Assembly (NCBI RefSeq): GCF_036000465.1
Contig: NZ_DASYFV010000070.1
Span: forward strand, 614 to 64,613
Length of the DNA stretch: 64,000 nt
DNA from: Jatrophihabitans sp.
GTDB lineage: Bacteria > Actinomycetota > Actinomycetes > Mycobacteriales > Jatrophihabitantaceae
Reading direction: 5' to 3'
Numbering within the stretch: position 1 is the stretch's first letter; each line of letters opens with the position of its first letter. The position numbers and the translations under genes were made by a program. The notes below the pieces were generated by a model. The model was not told where the DNA came from. It saw only the letters and a program-made list of their open reading frames with translations, and searched no databases. Below are positions 32,103 through 41,549 of this stretch, piece by piece.

Positions 32103-33176
32103 ATGAGGCTCGTCGTCGACGCCATCGCCGTGCAGCAGGGCAGCGCCGCGATCGTCGTCGGGAACGTCCTGGCCGGCTGGGTCGCCGGGTGGCCGGACGA
32201 CGAGATCGTCGTGCTCGCCGGGCGGTCGCCGGAGTTTCCGGTACCGGCGGGCGTCACGGTCGAGACCACCGAGCGCCGGCTCGACTCCACGCTCGGCCGC
32301 CTGGCCGCGCAGTCGGTCGACGTGCGCCGGGCCTGCCGACGGCTCGGCGCCGACGCCCTGCTGTCCGGCGTCACCGCCAGCGCGTTCCTGGGGGCGCCGT
32401 GCCCGCACGCGGTCATCGTCTACGACTTCCGGCACGAGCTGCGGCCCGAGCAGTTCTCGCCCGCGCGGCGCCTCGCCCGCCGGCTGCTCTACGGCTGGTC
32501 GTTCCGGCGCGCGGACGCGCTCGCCTGCATCTCCGAGCGCACCCGCCACGACCTCGTCCGGCGGCGGCCGCGGTGGGCCGAGAAGTCGTTCGCCGCCTTG
32601 CTGGGCGCCGATCACGCGGACGGCTGGCGCGGAGGCGGGTCGGCTGCCTCGCGCCGCTACGTGCTCGCGTTCGGGCACTTCGCGAACAAGAACGTCGACG
32701 GCGTGCTGCGGGCCTGGGCCGAGCACGCCGGCGGTGCCGATGATGCGGTGGTGCTGCGCATCTGCGGTCTCGGCGGCACGGCGCGGGACGCCGCCCAGGA
32801 CCTCGTCCGCACGCTCGGCATCGACGAGCGGGTCGAACTCATGCCGTGGCTCGACGACGCGGAGTTCGCCGCCCTCTTCGCCGGGGCGAGCGCGATCCTG
32901 TTCCCGTCCGACTTCGAGGGGTTCGGCCTGCCGGCGGTGGAGGCGCTCCGGCTGGGGATCCCGGTCGTCATCTCCTCCGACCCGGCACTGCTCGAGGTGA
33001 CCGGCGGCCATGCGGTCGTGGCCGCCGGGACGTCGCCCGCAGACCTCGCCGCGGCGATCGATCGCGCGCTCGCGCGGCCGGCCGAGGCCGTCGCGGCCGG
33101 CGTCGAGCACGCGCGCGCCTTCACCTGGCAGCGCACCGCCGGCGCGATCCGCTCCCGGCTCGTCGCCGGGACGTGA
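32103..33176 (+). CDS. GT4 glycosyltransferase
   Basis: FPSDFEGFGLPAVEA, FTWQRTA. Confidence 0.9.
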   Translation: MRLVVDAIAVQQGSAAIVVGNVLAGWVAGWPDDEIVVLAGRSPEFPVPAGVTVETTERRLDSTLGRLAAQSVDVRRACRRLGADALLSGVTASAFLGAPCPHAVIVYDFRHELRPEQFSPARRLARRLLYGWSFRRADALACISERTRHDLVRRRPRWAEKSFAALLGADHADGWRGGGSAASRRYVLAFGHFANKNVDGVLRAWAEHAGGADDAVVLRICGLGGTARDAAQDLVRTLGIDERVELMPWLDDAEFAALFAGASAILFPSDFEGFGLPAVEALRLGIPVVISSDPALLEVTGGHAVVAAGTSPADLAAAIDRALARPAEAVAAGVEHARAFTWQRTAGAIRSRLVAGT

Positions 33177-33185
33177 ACCGGGGCG

Positions 33186-34373
33186 TCAGCCCCACATTCC
33201 CGAGTCCTCGACGATCCGGCCGCGCAGGCGTTTCGTGACGCCGGGCAGCGCCCGCTTGACCGACTCGTACTCCTCGGGCAGCGCGCAGCGCACGCCCTTC
33301 GCGACGTCGGAGAGCATGAGTCGCGTGGCGAGCCGCCACGAGCTGCGGCGCCAGCGGGCGTACTCCGCGGCCTCGGCGGCGATGAACGGTGACGGCACGC
33401 CCTCGGGGTCGGCGAGGGCGGCCACGCGGTAGGCGTGCCGCATGCGGCGGGTGACCCGGCGACCGGTGGTGTCCATGCCGTAGCGGTACGGCGGCGGCGG
33501 CCCGACCTGGGCCTCCTTCTCGATCAGGATCGCGGCGTACTCCTTGCAGATCGCGTCGACCGCGCTGTTGTCCGCGCGCAGGTGGGCGGTGCTCGCGTCC
33601 ATCCGGGTCGAGAGCTCCTCGGGCCGGCTGGTGTCGAAGGCGTGGAAGTGGAACAGCCGCAGCCGGTCGTCGTTGGTGGCGATGTAGTAGCCGTCGGCGT
33701 CGGTCGTGATCGGCCGCTCGTGCAGGTTGGCCACGCTCACGTTGTAGCCGTAATGGCGAAGGGGGGTGGCGTCGAAGAGCACGCTGCCGACGTCGACCCA
33801 TTTCTGGTCGACGAACAACCCGGCGACCGGGTCGTGCAGGCACTCGACACTCAGGTGGCCCCACCACCAGGAGAGGAACGCGCGGGCCCGCCGATCGACC
33901 AGGCAGAAGCCGAGGTTGTACACGCCGACGGCGAGCAGGTGCCCCTCGGAGAAGTCACTGCCGGTCGGGGTCGGGTCCAGGTAGTGCGGCGTGAGCACGA
34001 TGCCCGAACCGGCGTCGAGGGCCGGTCCGAGCTCGAGCATCGGCGAGGTGACCCAGGTGTCCGGGTCGAGGTAGCCCGCCCGCGGGTGCTCGTCGAGCAA
34101 TGACATGAGGACGAGGGGTTTGACCGCCGTGGCGAACTCGACCAGGTCGTAGGACATCGCGAGGGCGAGGACGGTGCGCTCGGGCAGGTCGAGCGAGGAC
34201 GGCGTCATCCACCGGACGCCGTCGACCGGTGGCAGGTCGGTCTCGTCGGTCGCGTCGATGAGGAAGATCGTCAGCGGGATCGTGCTGCCGTGCCGGAGGA
34301 GGCTGTCGGCGAGGGTGAGGGCCTTGGGCAGGTAATTGGTCGCCAGGATCGTGCAGTACGCAGGTTCGGTCAT
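33186..34373 (-). CDS. Putative GT-A fold glycosyltransferase (unclassified)
   Basis: TILATNYL start, TAVKP, DxD motif YLDPD, YNLGF, DQKW, FHFH. Confidence 0.65.
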   Translation of the reverse strand: MTEPAYCTILATNYLPKALTLADSLLRHGSTIPLTIFLIDATDETDLPPVDGVRWMTPSSLDLPERTVLALAMSYDLVEFATAVKPLVLMSLLDEHPRAGYLDPDTWVTSPMLELGPALDAGSGIVLTPHYLDPTPTGSDFSEGHLLAVGVYNLGFCLVDRRARAFLSWWWGHLSVECLHDPVAGLFVDQKWVDVGSVLFDATPLRHYGYNVSVANLHERPITTDADGYYIATNDDRLRLFHFHAFDTSRPEELSTRMDASTAHLRADNSAVDAICKEYAAILIEKEAQVGPPPPYRYGMDTTGRRVTRRMRHAYRVAALADPEGVPSPFIAAEAAEYARWRRSSWRLATRLMLSDVAKGVRCALPEEYESVKRALPGVTKRLRGRIVEDSGMWG

Positions 34374-34547
34374 CGAGCGGATTTCCTGACTCGCAGGGGT
34401 GCCGGCGCACCGCGGACGACATGTCTCTCGCCTGGTTCAACGAGCGAATCCGGGTGTGGATTCGGCGTGGTTCACGCCGTGCCAGAAGGCTCACGTCGAC
34501 CTGTCCGACGAGTGGCTGGCCCCTCGATCTGCTGCTAACTTCGTCGC

Positions 34548-35408
34548 GTGACGACATCGGAAACTCGCACGGATTTCACGCGCGGTCTGTACCTGGACCT
34601 GCTGAAGCGAACCCTCACGGGCGCGGTCACCGAGGACAACGACTCGATCCTCGGCGGCGTGCGGACGCAGGGGTCGCCGTCGCGCAAGAAGGCGCTGGCC
34701 GACTACGTGGGGCGCGCGGCCGGCCGCTTCGGCTTCGAGCTCGCGTACAAGAAGCCGTACGACCCCTCGCTGCGTGAAGTGGGCCGCGACTGGCCGGCGC
34801 GCGCCGACTCGATGATCGGGCTGCGCCGGATGGAGAACATCCAGCACTGCGTCTCGACCGTCGTCACCGAGGAGATCCCGGGCGACCTCATCGAGACCGG
34901 CGTGTGGCGCGGCGGGGCGACGATCTTCATGCGCGGCGTGCTCAAGGCGTTCGACGACACGAGCCGCACGGTGTGGGTCGCCGACTCGTTCCAGGGGCTG
35001 CCGCCGCCGGACGCCGCCCGCTATCCCGCCGATGCCGGCGACCGCCTGCACAAGCAGACCGGCCTCGCCGTCGGCGTGGACATCGTCCGGCACAACTTCG
35101 AGCGCTACGGCCTGCTCGACGACCAGGTGAAGTTCCTGGTCGGGTGGTTCAAGGACACGCTGCCCACCGCTCCGGTCGAGAAGCTCGCGGTCATGCGCCT
35201 GGACGGCGACATGTACGAGTCGACGCAGCAGGCGATCGAGGCGCTGTACCCGAAGCTCTCCCCGGGTGGCTTCTGCATCGTCGACGACTACGGCAGCCAC
35301 GCCTCGCAGTGCGGCCGGGCGATCGACGACTACCGCGCCGCGCACGGCATCGCCGAGGAGATCGTCGACATCGACGGCTTCGGGGCCTACTGGCGCAAGT
35401 CGGCCTGA
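34548..35408 (+). CDS. TylF/MycF/NovP family sugar O-methyltransferase
   Basis: SMIGLRRM, IETGVWRGG, DSFQGLP, GWFKDTL, RLDGDMYEST, DDY. Confidence 0.95.
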   Translation: MTTSETRTDFTRGLYLDLLKRTLTGAVTEDNDSILGGVRTQGSPSRKKALADYVGRAAGRFGFELAYKKPYDPSLREVGRDWPARADSMIGLRRMENIQHCVSTVVTEEIPGDLIETGVWRGGATIFMRGVLKAFDDTSRTVWVADSFQGLPPPDAARYPADAGDRLHKQTGLAVGVDIVRHNFERYGLLDDQVKFLVGWFKDTLPTAPVEKLAVMRLDGDMYESTQQAIEALYPKLSPGGFCIVDDYGSHASQCGRAIDDYRAAHGIAEEIVDIDGFGAYWRKSA

Positions 35409-35416
35409 CGGCCCGC

Positions 35417-36253
35417 ATGACGGTGGACACGCACGCGCCGGCGGCGCACTACGACCGGGTCACGGCCGCCTGGGGTCTGCTCCTCGGCGAGGAACTGCAC
35501 TACGGACTGTTCCGCTCCGGCGACGAGGACCTCGCGACGGCAACCGCGCAGCTGACGGCACGGATGATCGAGGCCGCCGGGTTCGAGCCGGGGCAGCGCG
35601 TCCTCGACGTCGGGTGCGGCACCGGCGCGCCCGCGGCCCGGCTCGCGCGCGAGTTCGGCGTCGAGGTGCTGGGCATCACGACGAGCGCGGTGGGCGTGGC
35701 CGCGGCTACCGAACGGGCCCGGAACGAGGGACTGGCCACGGCAACGTTCGAGGTGCGCGACGGCACCGACAACGGCCTGCCGCCGGACAGCTTCGACCGC
35801 GTGTGGGTGATGGAGTCCTCCCACCTGATGCCCGACCGCCCGGGCCTGCTGCGCGAGTGCGCGCGGGTGCTGCGGCCGGGTGGTCGGCTCGTGCTCTGCG
35901 ACATCATCCGGCGCCGCCCGATCCCGTTCCAGGAGCTGCGGGAACGACGTCGCGAGTTCGCGGTGCTCCGTTCGGCCTTCGGGGCCGCGCGCATGGACGC
36001 CCTCGAGGAGTACCGCGCGTACGCCGAGGCGGCGGGGCTCGGCGATGTCCGGTGCGACGACATCACGCAGGAGACGCTGGCCACGTTCGACCGGTGGCAG
36101 GACAACGTCGACCGGCACCGCGACGAGGTCGAGGCGATCCTGGGCCGCCCGAGTGTGGACGACTTCGAGGAATCCCTGACGATCCTGCGGTCGCTGTGGC
36201 TCGAGGGCACGCTTGGATACGGCGTGCTGTCGGCGTCGTCTCCGGGCGAATGA
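35417..36253 (+). CDS. SAM-dependent methyltransferase (RebM/sterol-MT-like)
   Basis: LHYGLF, VLDVGCGTG, ESSHLMPD, RVLRPGG. Confidence 0.9.
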   Translation: MTVDTHAPAAHYDRVTAAWGLLLGEELHYGLFRSGDEDLATATAQLTARMIEAAGFEPGQRVLDVGCGTGAPAARLAREFGVEVLGITTSAVGVAAATERARNEGLATATFEVRDGTDNGLPPDSFDRVWVMESSHLMPDRPGLLRECARVLRPGGRLVLCDIIRRRPIPFQELRERRREFAVLRSAFGAARMDALEEYRAYAEAAGLGDVRCDDITQETLATFDRWQDNVDRHRDEVEAILGRPSVDDFEESLTILRSLWLEGTLGYGVLSASSPGE

Positions 36254-37593
36254 TCGAGCTGCTGAGACGGGCGGCCCGCGACGCGCCGGAGCATCCGGCG
36301 CTCGTCACCGCCGAGGGTGAAGTCACCTTCGGGCAACTGTGCGAGCGGGCCGAGACGGTGGCCGGGGCCCTGCGAGAGCGGGGCATCGAGCGGCTCGCGG
36401 TGCTGGTGGACGACCCGCTCGTCACGTGGGTCCTGCTCGCCGGGGCGTCCCTGGCCGGGGCCGAGGCGTGCTTGTACCCGGTCGCGGCGACCGACGAGAC
36501 GGTGCAGGGGCTGCGGGGGCAGTTGCGGCACGACCGGATCGTGACGTCGCGGCCGCTCGACACGGCCGGGGTCGTACCTCCCGACGAACTCGTGGGCGGA
36601 CCCCGGCTCGTCGACGAGCCGCCCGCATCGCGGCGCCTGCTCGTGCTGACGTCAGGCACGACGACGGGCACCCCGCAGGCCGCCCAGCACGAATGGTCAC
36701 GCCTGCTGCGGGTGGCGGAACGGATCGATCCGGCACCCGACCAACGGTGGTTGCTGGCGTACGGGCTGAACCAGTTCGCCGGCCTGCAGATGCTGATCCA
36801 CGTCGCGGCGGCGCAGGCCACCCTCGTCGTCGGGCGCTCCTTCCAGCCCCGGGACGGACTGGACGCGATGCGGCGCGCGCAGGTGACGCACGCCAGCGGA
36901 ACGCCGACCTTCTGGCGTTTCCTGCTGGCCGAGTTGCGGGCCGACGGTGGGAACGCGCCGTCGCTGGCCCAGATCACCCTCGGCGGCGAGGCCGTGCCGG
37001 CCGCGCTGATCGATCAGCTGCGGTCGACCTTCCCCGCTGCGCGCATCTCGCAGCTGTACGCGGCGACCGAGATGGGCCTCAGCGTCAGCGTGCGGGACGG
37101 CGAGGCCGGACTTCCGCTGAGCGTCCTCGACGGTGCGCGGGACGTCGAGTTCAAGATCGTCGACGGGGAGCTCTGGGTGCGCTCCGCGTCCTCGATGCTC
37201 GGCTACTTCGACCAGGAACCCCTGGCCGGCTCCGGCTGGCGCGCGTCCGGTGACCTGGTCGAGGTGATCGGGGACCGGATCCATTTCCAGGGCCGGAAGT
37301 CCGAGGTCATCAACGTCGGCGGGGTCAAGGTGCACCCGCTGCCGATCGAGGATCGCGTGAGCGCCGTGCCCGGTGTCGCCGTGGTGCGGGCCTTCGGCCG
37401 CGCCAATGCGATGGTGGGCCAGATCGTGGCGATCGAGGTCGTCCCGGTCGAGGGCGCCGACGAGGATGCGCTCCGCGACGCCATCGCCGCGGCGGTTGGC
37501 GACCTTCCCCCCGCCGCCCGACCGCGCAGCATCAGATTCGTTGCCACCATCGATGTCTCCGGCAACAAGCTCACTCGAGGAAGCAGATCATGA
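36250..37593 (+). CDS. AMP-forming acyl-CoA/acyl-ACP ligase
   Basis: TSGTTTGTP (atypical), [24 protein letters not shown]-terminal GNK; ATGA overlap with the upstream gene. Confidence 0.88.
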   Translation: MIELLRRAARDAPEHPALVTAEGEVTFGQLCERAETVAGALRERGIERLAVLVDDPLVTWVLLAGASLAGAEACLYPVAATDETVQGLRGQLRHDRIVTSRPLDTAGVVPPDELVGGPRLVDEPPASRRLLVLTSGTTTGTPQAAQHEWSRLLRVAERIDPAPDQRWLLAYGLNQFAGLQMLIHVAAAQATLVVGRSFQPRDGLDAMRRAQVTHASGTPTFWRFLLAELRADGGNAPSLAQITLGGEAVPAALIDQLRSTFPAARISQLYAATEMGLSVSVRDGEAGLPLSVLDGARDVEFKIVDGELWVRSASSMLGYFDQEPLAGSGWRASGDLVEVIGDRIHFQGRKSEVINVGGVKVHPLPIEDRVSAVPGVAVVRAFGRANAMVGQIVAIEVVPVEGADEDALRDAIAAAVGDLPPAARPRSIRFVATIDVSGNKLTRGSRS

Positions 37594-38333
37594 TCCAGAG
37601 CACACCCCGCGTTGTCGTCGTCACGGGCGGAAGTCGAGGGCTGGGCGCCGGGATCGTGCAGTCCTACCTGGACAGCGGCGACCTGGTCGCGACCTGCTCG
37701 CGCACCCGGACCCCCCAGGTCGACTCGTGGTGCGCCTCGCCCGACACGGCGGATCGCGTGCTGTTCCAGGAGGTGGACCTCAGCGACCGGACAGCGACCG
37801 ACGCCTTCGTCAAGGCCGTCATCGAACGGTGGGGCCGGGTCGACGTCCTGGTGAACAACGCCGGCGTCGCCCGGGACGGAGTGCTCGGCCTGGCCAGCGA
37901 CGACGACATCGACATCGTCATCGACCTGAACCTCAAGGGCACCCTGCACATCACCAAGCTCGTCTCCCGCCGGATGCTGGCGCGCCACTCGGGCAAGATC
38001 GTCAACATCTCCTCGATAGTCGGGCTGTCCGGCTATCGGGGCCTGGCCGTCTACAGCGCCACGAAGGCGGCGCTGGACGGCATGACCCGCGCCCTGGCCC
38101 GGGAGCTGGGGCCCCGCGGCATCACCGTCAACTCCGTCGCGCCCGGGTACCTGCGCACGGAGATGTCCCACGGGCTCGACGAGGCTCAGATGCAGCAGAT
38201 CACCCGGCGGACACCGGCGGGGCGCCTGGGTGAACCGGCCGATGTGGCGCGGGTGGTGCAGTTCCTGACGGCGCCCGACAACGACTACCTGACGGGCCAG
38301 GTGATCGTCGTCGACGGCGGTCTGACCGCCTGA
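37590..38333 (+). CDS. 3-oxoacyl-ACP reductase-like SDR
   Basis: [28 protein letters not shown]. Confidence 0.9.
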   Translation: MIQSTPRVVVVTGGSRGLGAGIVQSYLDSGDLVATCSRTRTPQVDSWCASPDTADRVLFQEVDLSDRTATDAFVKAVIERWGRVDVLVNNAGVARDGVLGLASDDDIDIVIDLNLKGTLHITKLVSRRMLARHSGKIVNISSIVGLSGYRGLAVYSATKAALDGMTRALARELGPRGITVNSVAPGYLRTEMSHGLDEAQMQQITRRTPAGRLGEPADVARVVQFLTAPDNDYLTGQVIVVDGGLTA

Positions 38334-38336
38334 TCG

Positions 38337-38588
38337 TCAGACGCGCGACGCGACCTCGTAGAACGCCAGCACGTCCCCGACCGTCTCCGGCATGTCGCCG
38401 TCGGCCGAGAAGGGGTCGGAACCGAATTCGTCCTCGAGCAGCGCGGACAGTTCGGCCGCCTCGAGCGAGTCGAGCTGCAGGCCGTCGCCGTAGAGCGGGA
38501 TGTCGTCGGTCAGCTCGGCGTGCGCCTTCCCGGCGCGCTGCAGGAACGTGGCGATGATCTGCTGGGCCTTGGTGCGATCCACGCTCAA
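38337..38588 (-). CDS. Acyl carrier protein
   Basis: 83 aa acidic protein with LQLDSLE phosphopantetheine site and ETVGD; GAGGAAGAGG RBS. Confidence 0.88.
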   Translation of the reverse strand: MSVDRTKAQQIIATFLQRAGKAHAELTDDIPLYGDGLQLDSLEAAELSALLEDEFGSDPFSADGDMPETVGDVLAFYEVASRV

Positions 38589-38770
38589 GCTCGGGTCCTC
38601 TTCCTCAGGTGAACGACGTCGGCGCGGCGTCCTTCACTGGTGCCACGCGCCGTGCCGAGTATGACGCAGTGCGGAGGTCCTCGCAGGTCGAACGATCGGA
38701 CGCGACAGGCGACGGAGCGGCGCCTTGGCTACGCTGCGCCCAGATCCCCATCGACCAGCGGAGCGTTGTC

Positions 38771-39481
38771 TTGAGACTTGCCTGGGCCGCTCTCATGGTC
38801 GTGGTGCCGGCCTCGTTGAGGCGGCTGATCGCCACCCGGATCCTCGGCTGGGACGTGCACCCCTCGGCCTACATCGGGCGCAGCCTGATCGTTGTCCGAC
38901 ACGTCACGATGGGTCCGGATTCCGGCATCGGGCCGTTCAACGTGATCCGGCACCTGGACGAGTTGATCCTCGAGCGGGGCGCGTCGATCGCGACCCGCAA
39001 CCGGATCGAGGCGCACCCGCTGGCGGCGGTGGTCTTCGCGCACATGAAGAACCGTCGCGCCACGCTGGCCCTGGGGCCGTTCGCGAAGATCACCGACGCG
39101 CACGAGATCGACTGCTCCGACGCCGTGACCCTCGGCAAGCACGCGACGATCGCCGGCTTCCGCACCCAGGTGCTCACCCACAGCCTCGATCTCGTCCGCG
39201 ACCGGCAGACCACGGGCCCGGTCGAGCTCGGGGATCGGTGTGCGGTGATGTCGGGCTGCATCCTGCTCAGCGGCACGCGGGTGCCGGCGCGCTCCATCGT
39301 GTCGGCCGGATCCGTCGTCACGACGAAGCTCACGAAGGAGCTCACCTTCTACCGCGGCAATCCGGCCGTCGAGATCCGCACGCTGCCCGAGACACTCAAG
39401 TACTTCCACCGCGAGGATCTGTCCGACACCGAGCGCTACTACCGCGCCGTCGAGGCGGCCGAAGCGCGGCGCGACGGCTGA
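38771..39481 (+). CDS. Hexapeptide-repeat (LbH) acyltransferase
   Basis: Hexapeptide repeats, ILLSGTRV, IVSAGSVV, YRGNPA. Start uncertain (TTG 38771 or ATG 38795). Confidence 0.8.
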   Translation: MRLAWAALMVVVPASLRRLIATRILGWDVHPSAYIGRSLIVVRHVTMGPDSGIGPFNVIRHLDELILERGASIATRNRIEAHPLAAVVFAHMKNRRATLALGPFAKITDAHEIDCSDAVTLGKHATIAGFRTQVLTHSLDLVRDRQTTGPVELGDRCAVMSGCILLSGTRVPARSIVSAGSVVTTKLTKELTFYRGNPAVEIRTLPETLKYFHREDLSDTERYYRAVEAAEARRDG

Positions 39482-39614
39482 CCTCGCCAGTATCCGACAG
39501 GCGGCGCGATCGTTGACCTATCTGACCGGTCGCCGACGCCGGGACCCGATCGCGGGTGCCGTCCGGGCGCGACACTCATGAGCCTGCGCTTCGCGCATCT
39601 CGACCCACGCGAGG

Positions 39615-40907
39615 ATGACGGTGACCCCCGACAAGCGATCCATGGGGCGTCAGCTGAGCGTCATCACGGTCGACCAGATCGTCGCCGGCGCGTCCAACGT
39701 GCTGATCGCTGTCCTGGCGGCGCGCCTCCTCGGGGTCGCATCCTTCGGCCTGTTCGGCATCGTGTTCCTCGTCTACGTGCTGCTGCAGGGGATCTCCCGG
39801 GCACTGGTGTCCGATCCGCTGCTGGTGCATCCGGAGGAGGCGCAGGACCGGCCGGGGGACGCGATCGGGACGAGCATCCTGATCGGCCTCGGCCTCGGTG
39901 TGGTGCTCTTCCTGGCATCGTTCGGAGCGGGGCTGTGGGAGGCCCGCCTCGGAGATGCCCTGCTGGTGCTGGCCGTGTGCACGCCGTTGCTCGTACTGCA
40001 GGATTTCGGTCGCTATCTGGGCTTCGCGCGGCAACGGCCGTCCTCGGCCATGGTGCTCGATACCGTCTGGCTGGTTCTCGTCTGCGTCGCCGTCGCCCTG
40101 CTGCTCGCGTTCGACGCGCGCACCCTCACCTGGTTCGTCGTCGCGTGGGCCGGGTCGGGCGCGGTGGCCGGAGTGCTGGTCTTCGTCCAGGTACCGGTGC
40201 GGGCGATCAGACTGGACCTGTCGTGGCTGCGGAGCACGTGGCCGTTCTCGTGGCGTTACCTCATCTCGTACACGACCACCCAGGGATCGGCGCTCGCGGC
40301 GTCGTCGGGCGTCGGCGGTATCGCCGGACCGCGGGCGTTGGGAGGCATGCAGGGGGCCGTGCTCCTCGTGCGCCCCTTCATGACCCTGCAGGTGGCGGCG
40401 GTGGCCGCCGGAGTGTCGAGCATCTCCCGGCTCCCCCGCGATGATGCGCGCATACGGACGCAGGGGATCAAGATCTCGGTCCTCGCCGTCGGCGTCGCGG
40501 CACTGAACACGATCGTGATGCTCGCCCTGCCCGATCGACTCGGCGTGCTCGTGCTCGGCGCGAGCTGGACCGCGGCCAAACCCCTGCTGCTGCCGACCGG
40601 TGTGCAGATCCTGCTGCTCGCCGTGATCACCGGGGCCCGGGCGGGACTGCTCGGCACCCGCGCGGTGAGCAAGGCAATGGTGCTCGACGTCGCCGCGACC
40701 GTTCTCGTCCTCGGGCTGGTCCTCGTCGGCGCGTTCGTCGGGGGAGTCTCCGGAGCGCTGTGGGCGGTAGCGGCCGGGCAGGGCGTGGCCGCGCTCGGCT
40801 GGTGGCTCACGATCTGGGGCCACACCCGGCCGTCGGTGCCGACACCCGGCGGCCGGCACCGACCCGAGTTCGTGGCGGCGCTGACCGGACCGGTCGCCAC
40901 GTCGTGA
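39615..40907 (+). CDS. Wzx-like oligosaccharide flippase
   Basis: Multi-TM protein, DQIVAGASN...LLG...FG N-terminal pattern, polysaccharide locus context. Confidence 0.75.
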   Translation: MTVTPDKRSMGRQLSVITVDQIVAGASNVLIAVLAARLLGVASFGLFGIVFLVYVLLQGISRALVSDPLLVHPEEAQDRPGDAIGTSILIGLGLGVVLFLASFGAGLWEARLGDALLVLAVCTPLLVLQDFGRYLGFARQRPSSAMVLDTVWLVLVCVAVALLLAFDARTLTWFVVAWAGSGAVAGVLVFVQVPVRAIRLDLSWLRSTWPFSWRYLISYTTTQGSALAASSGVGGIAGPRALGGMQGAVLLVRPFMTLQVAAVAAGVSSISRLPRDDARIRTQGIKISVLAVGVAALNTIVMLALPDRLGVLVLGASWTAAKPLLLPTGVQILLLAVITGARAGLLGTRAVSKAMVLDVAATVLVLGLVLVGAFVGGVSGALWAVAAGQGVAALGWWLTIWGHTRPSVPTPGGRHRPEFVAALTGPVATS

Positions 40908-40925
40908 CGGGTGACCCCTCGTGGG

Positions 40926-41549
40926 TCACGAACCCGAGCGGACGTTCCGCTTCGCCCGGGCGTGCTCGATGAAGGCGTCGATGTCCTGGGCGGCCAGCAG
41001 CGGCACCGCGGCGCGGACCTCGTCCTCGGGCCAGTCCCACCAGCCGATCTCGAGCAGCGCCGCTCGCTGCTCCTCCGTGTGGCGGTACCGGATGATCTTG
41101 GCCGGGGTGCCGCCGACCACGGCGAACGGCGGGACGTCCTTCGTGACCACGGCACCGGTCGCGACGACGGCACCGTGGCCGATCGTCACGCCGCTCATGA
41201 TCCAGCAGCCGTAGCCCGTCCACACGTCCGAGCCCAGGACGATGTCGCCGCGTGAGGCCGGGCTGCCGTCGGTGCCGGCGCCCTCCATCCCGAGGTTGAT
41301 CCGCATCGGGTAGGTCGTCACGTGATCGATCGCGTGCTGGCCGCCCAGCAGGTAGGTGCCGCCGATCGAGCACCAGTTGCCGACGATCAGGCGCGTCGCG
41401 TCGTGGTCGAACGTGTGAATCGTCGGCACGCCGTAGGTGCCGGTCCCGTAGGCGACGCGTCCCTGCCGCTGGAGGCGGCGGAGCACGCTCAGGTCGTTGC
41501 CCCACCATGCGTTGCGGAGCCGTCGCAGCTGGAATCCGATGGCGCTCAA
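40926..41549 (-). CDS. CatB/Vat-related O-acetyltransferase
   Basis: VTTYP, GSDVWTG, GVTIGHGAVVATGAVVTKDVPP, GGTPAK; TTGA overlap with the upstream gene. Confidence 0.9.
   Translation of the reverse strand: MSAIGFQLRRLRNAWWGNDLSVLRRLQRQGRVAYGTGTYGVPTIHTFDHDATRLIVGNWCSIGGTYLLGGQHAIDHVTTYPMRINLGMEGAGTDGSPASRGDIVLGSDVWTGYGCWIMSGVTIGHGAVVATGAVVTKDVPPFAVVGGTPAKIIRYRHTEEQRAALLEIGWWDWPEDEVRAAVPLLAAQDIDAFIEHARAKRNVRSGS

Noticed and set aside
34548-38588. Polyketide or macrolide antibiotic cluster
   Set aside because: There is no ketosynthase or NRPS module, and the genes are embedded among polysaccharide assembly genes.
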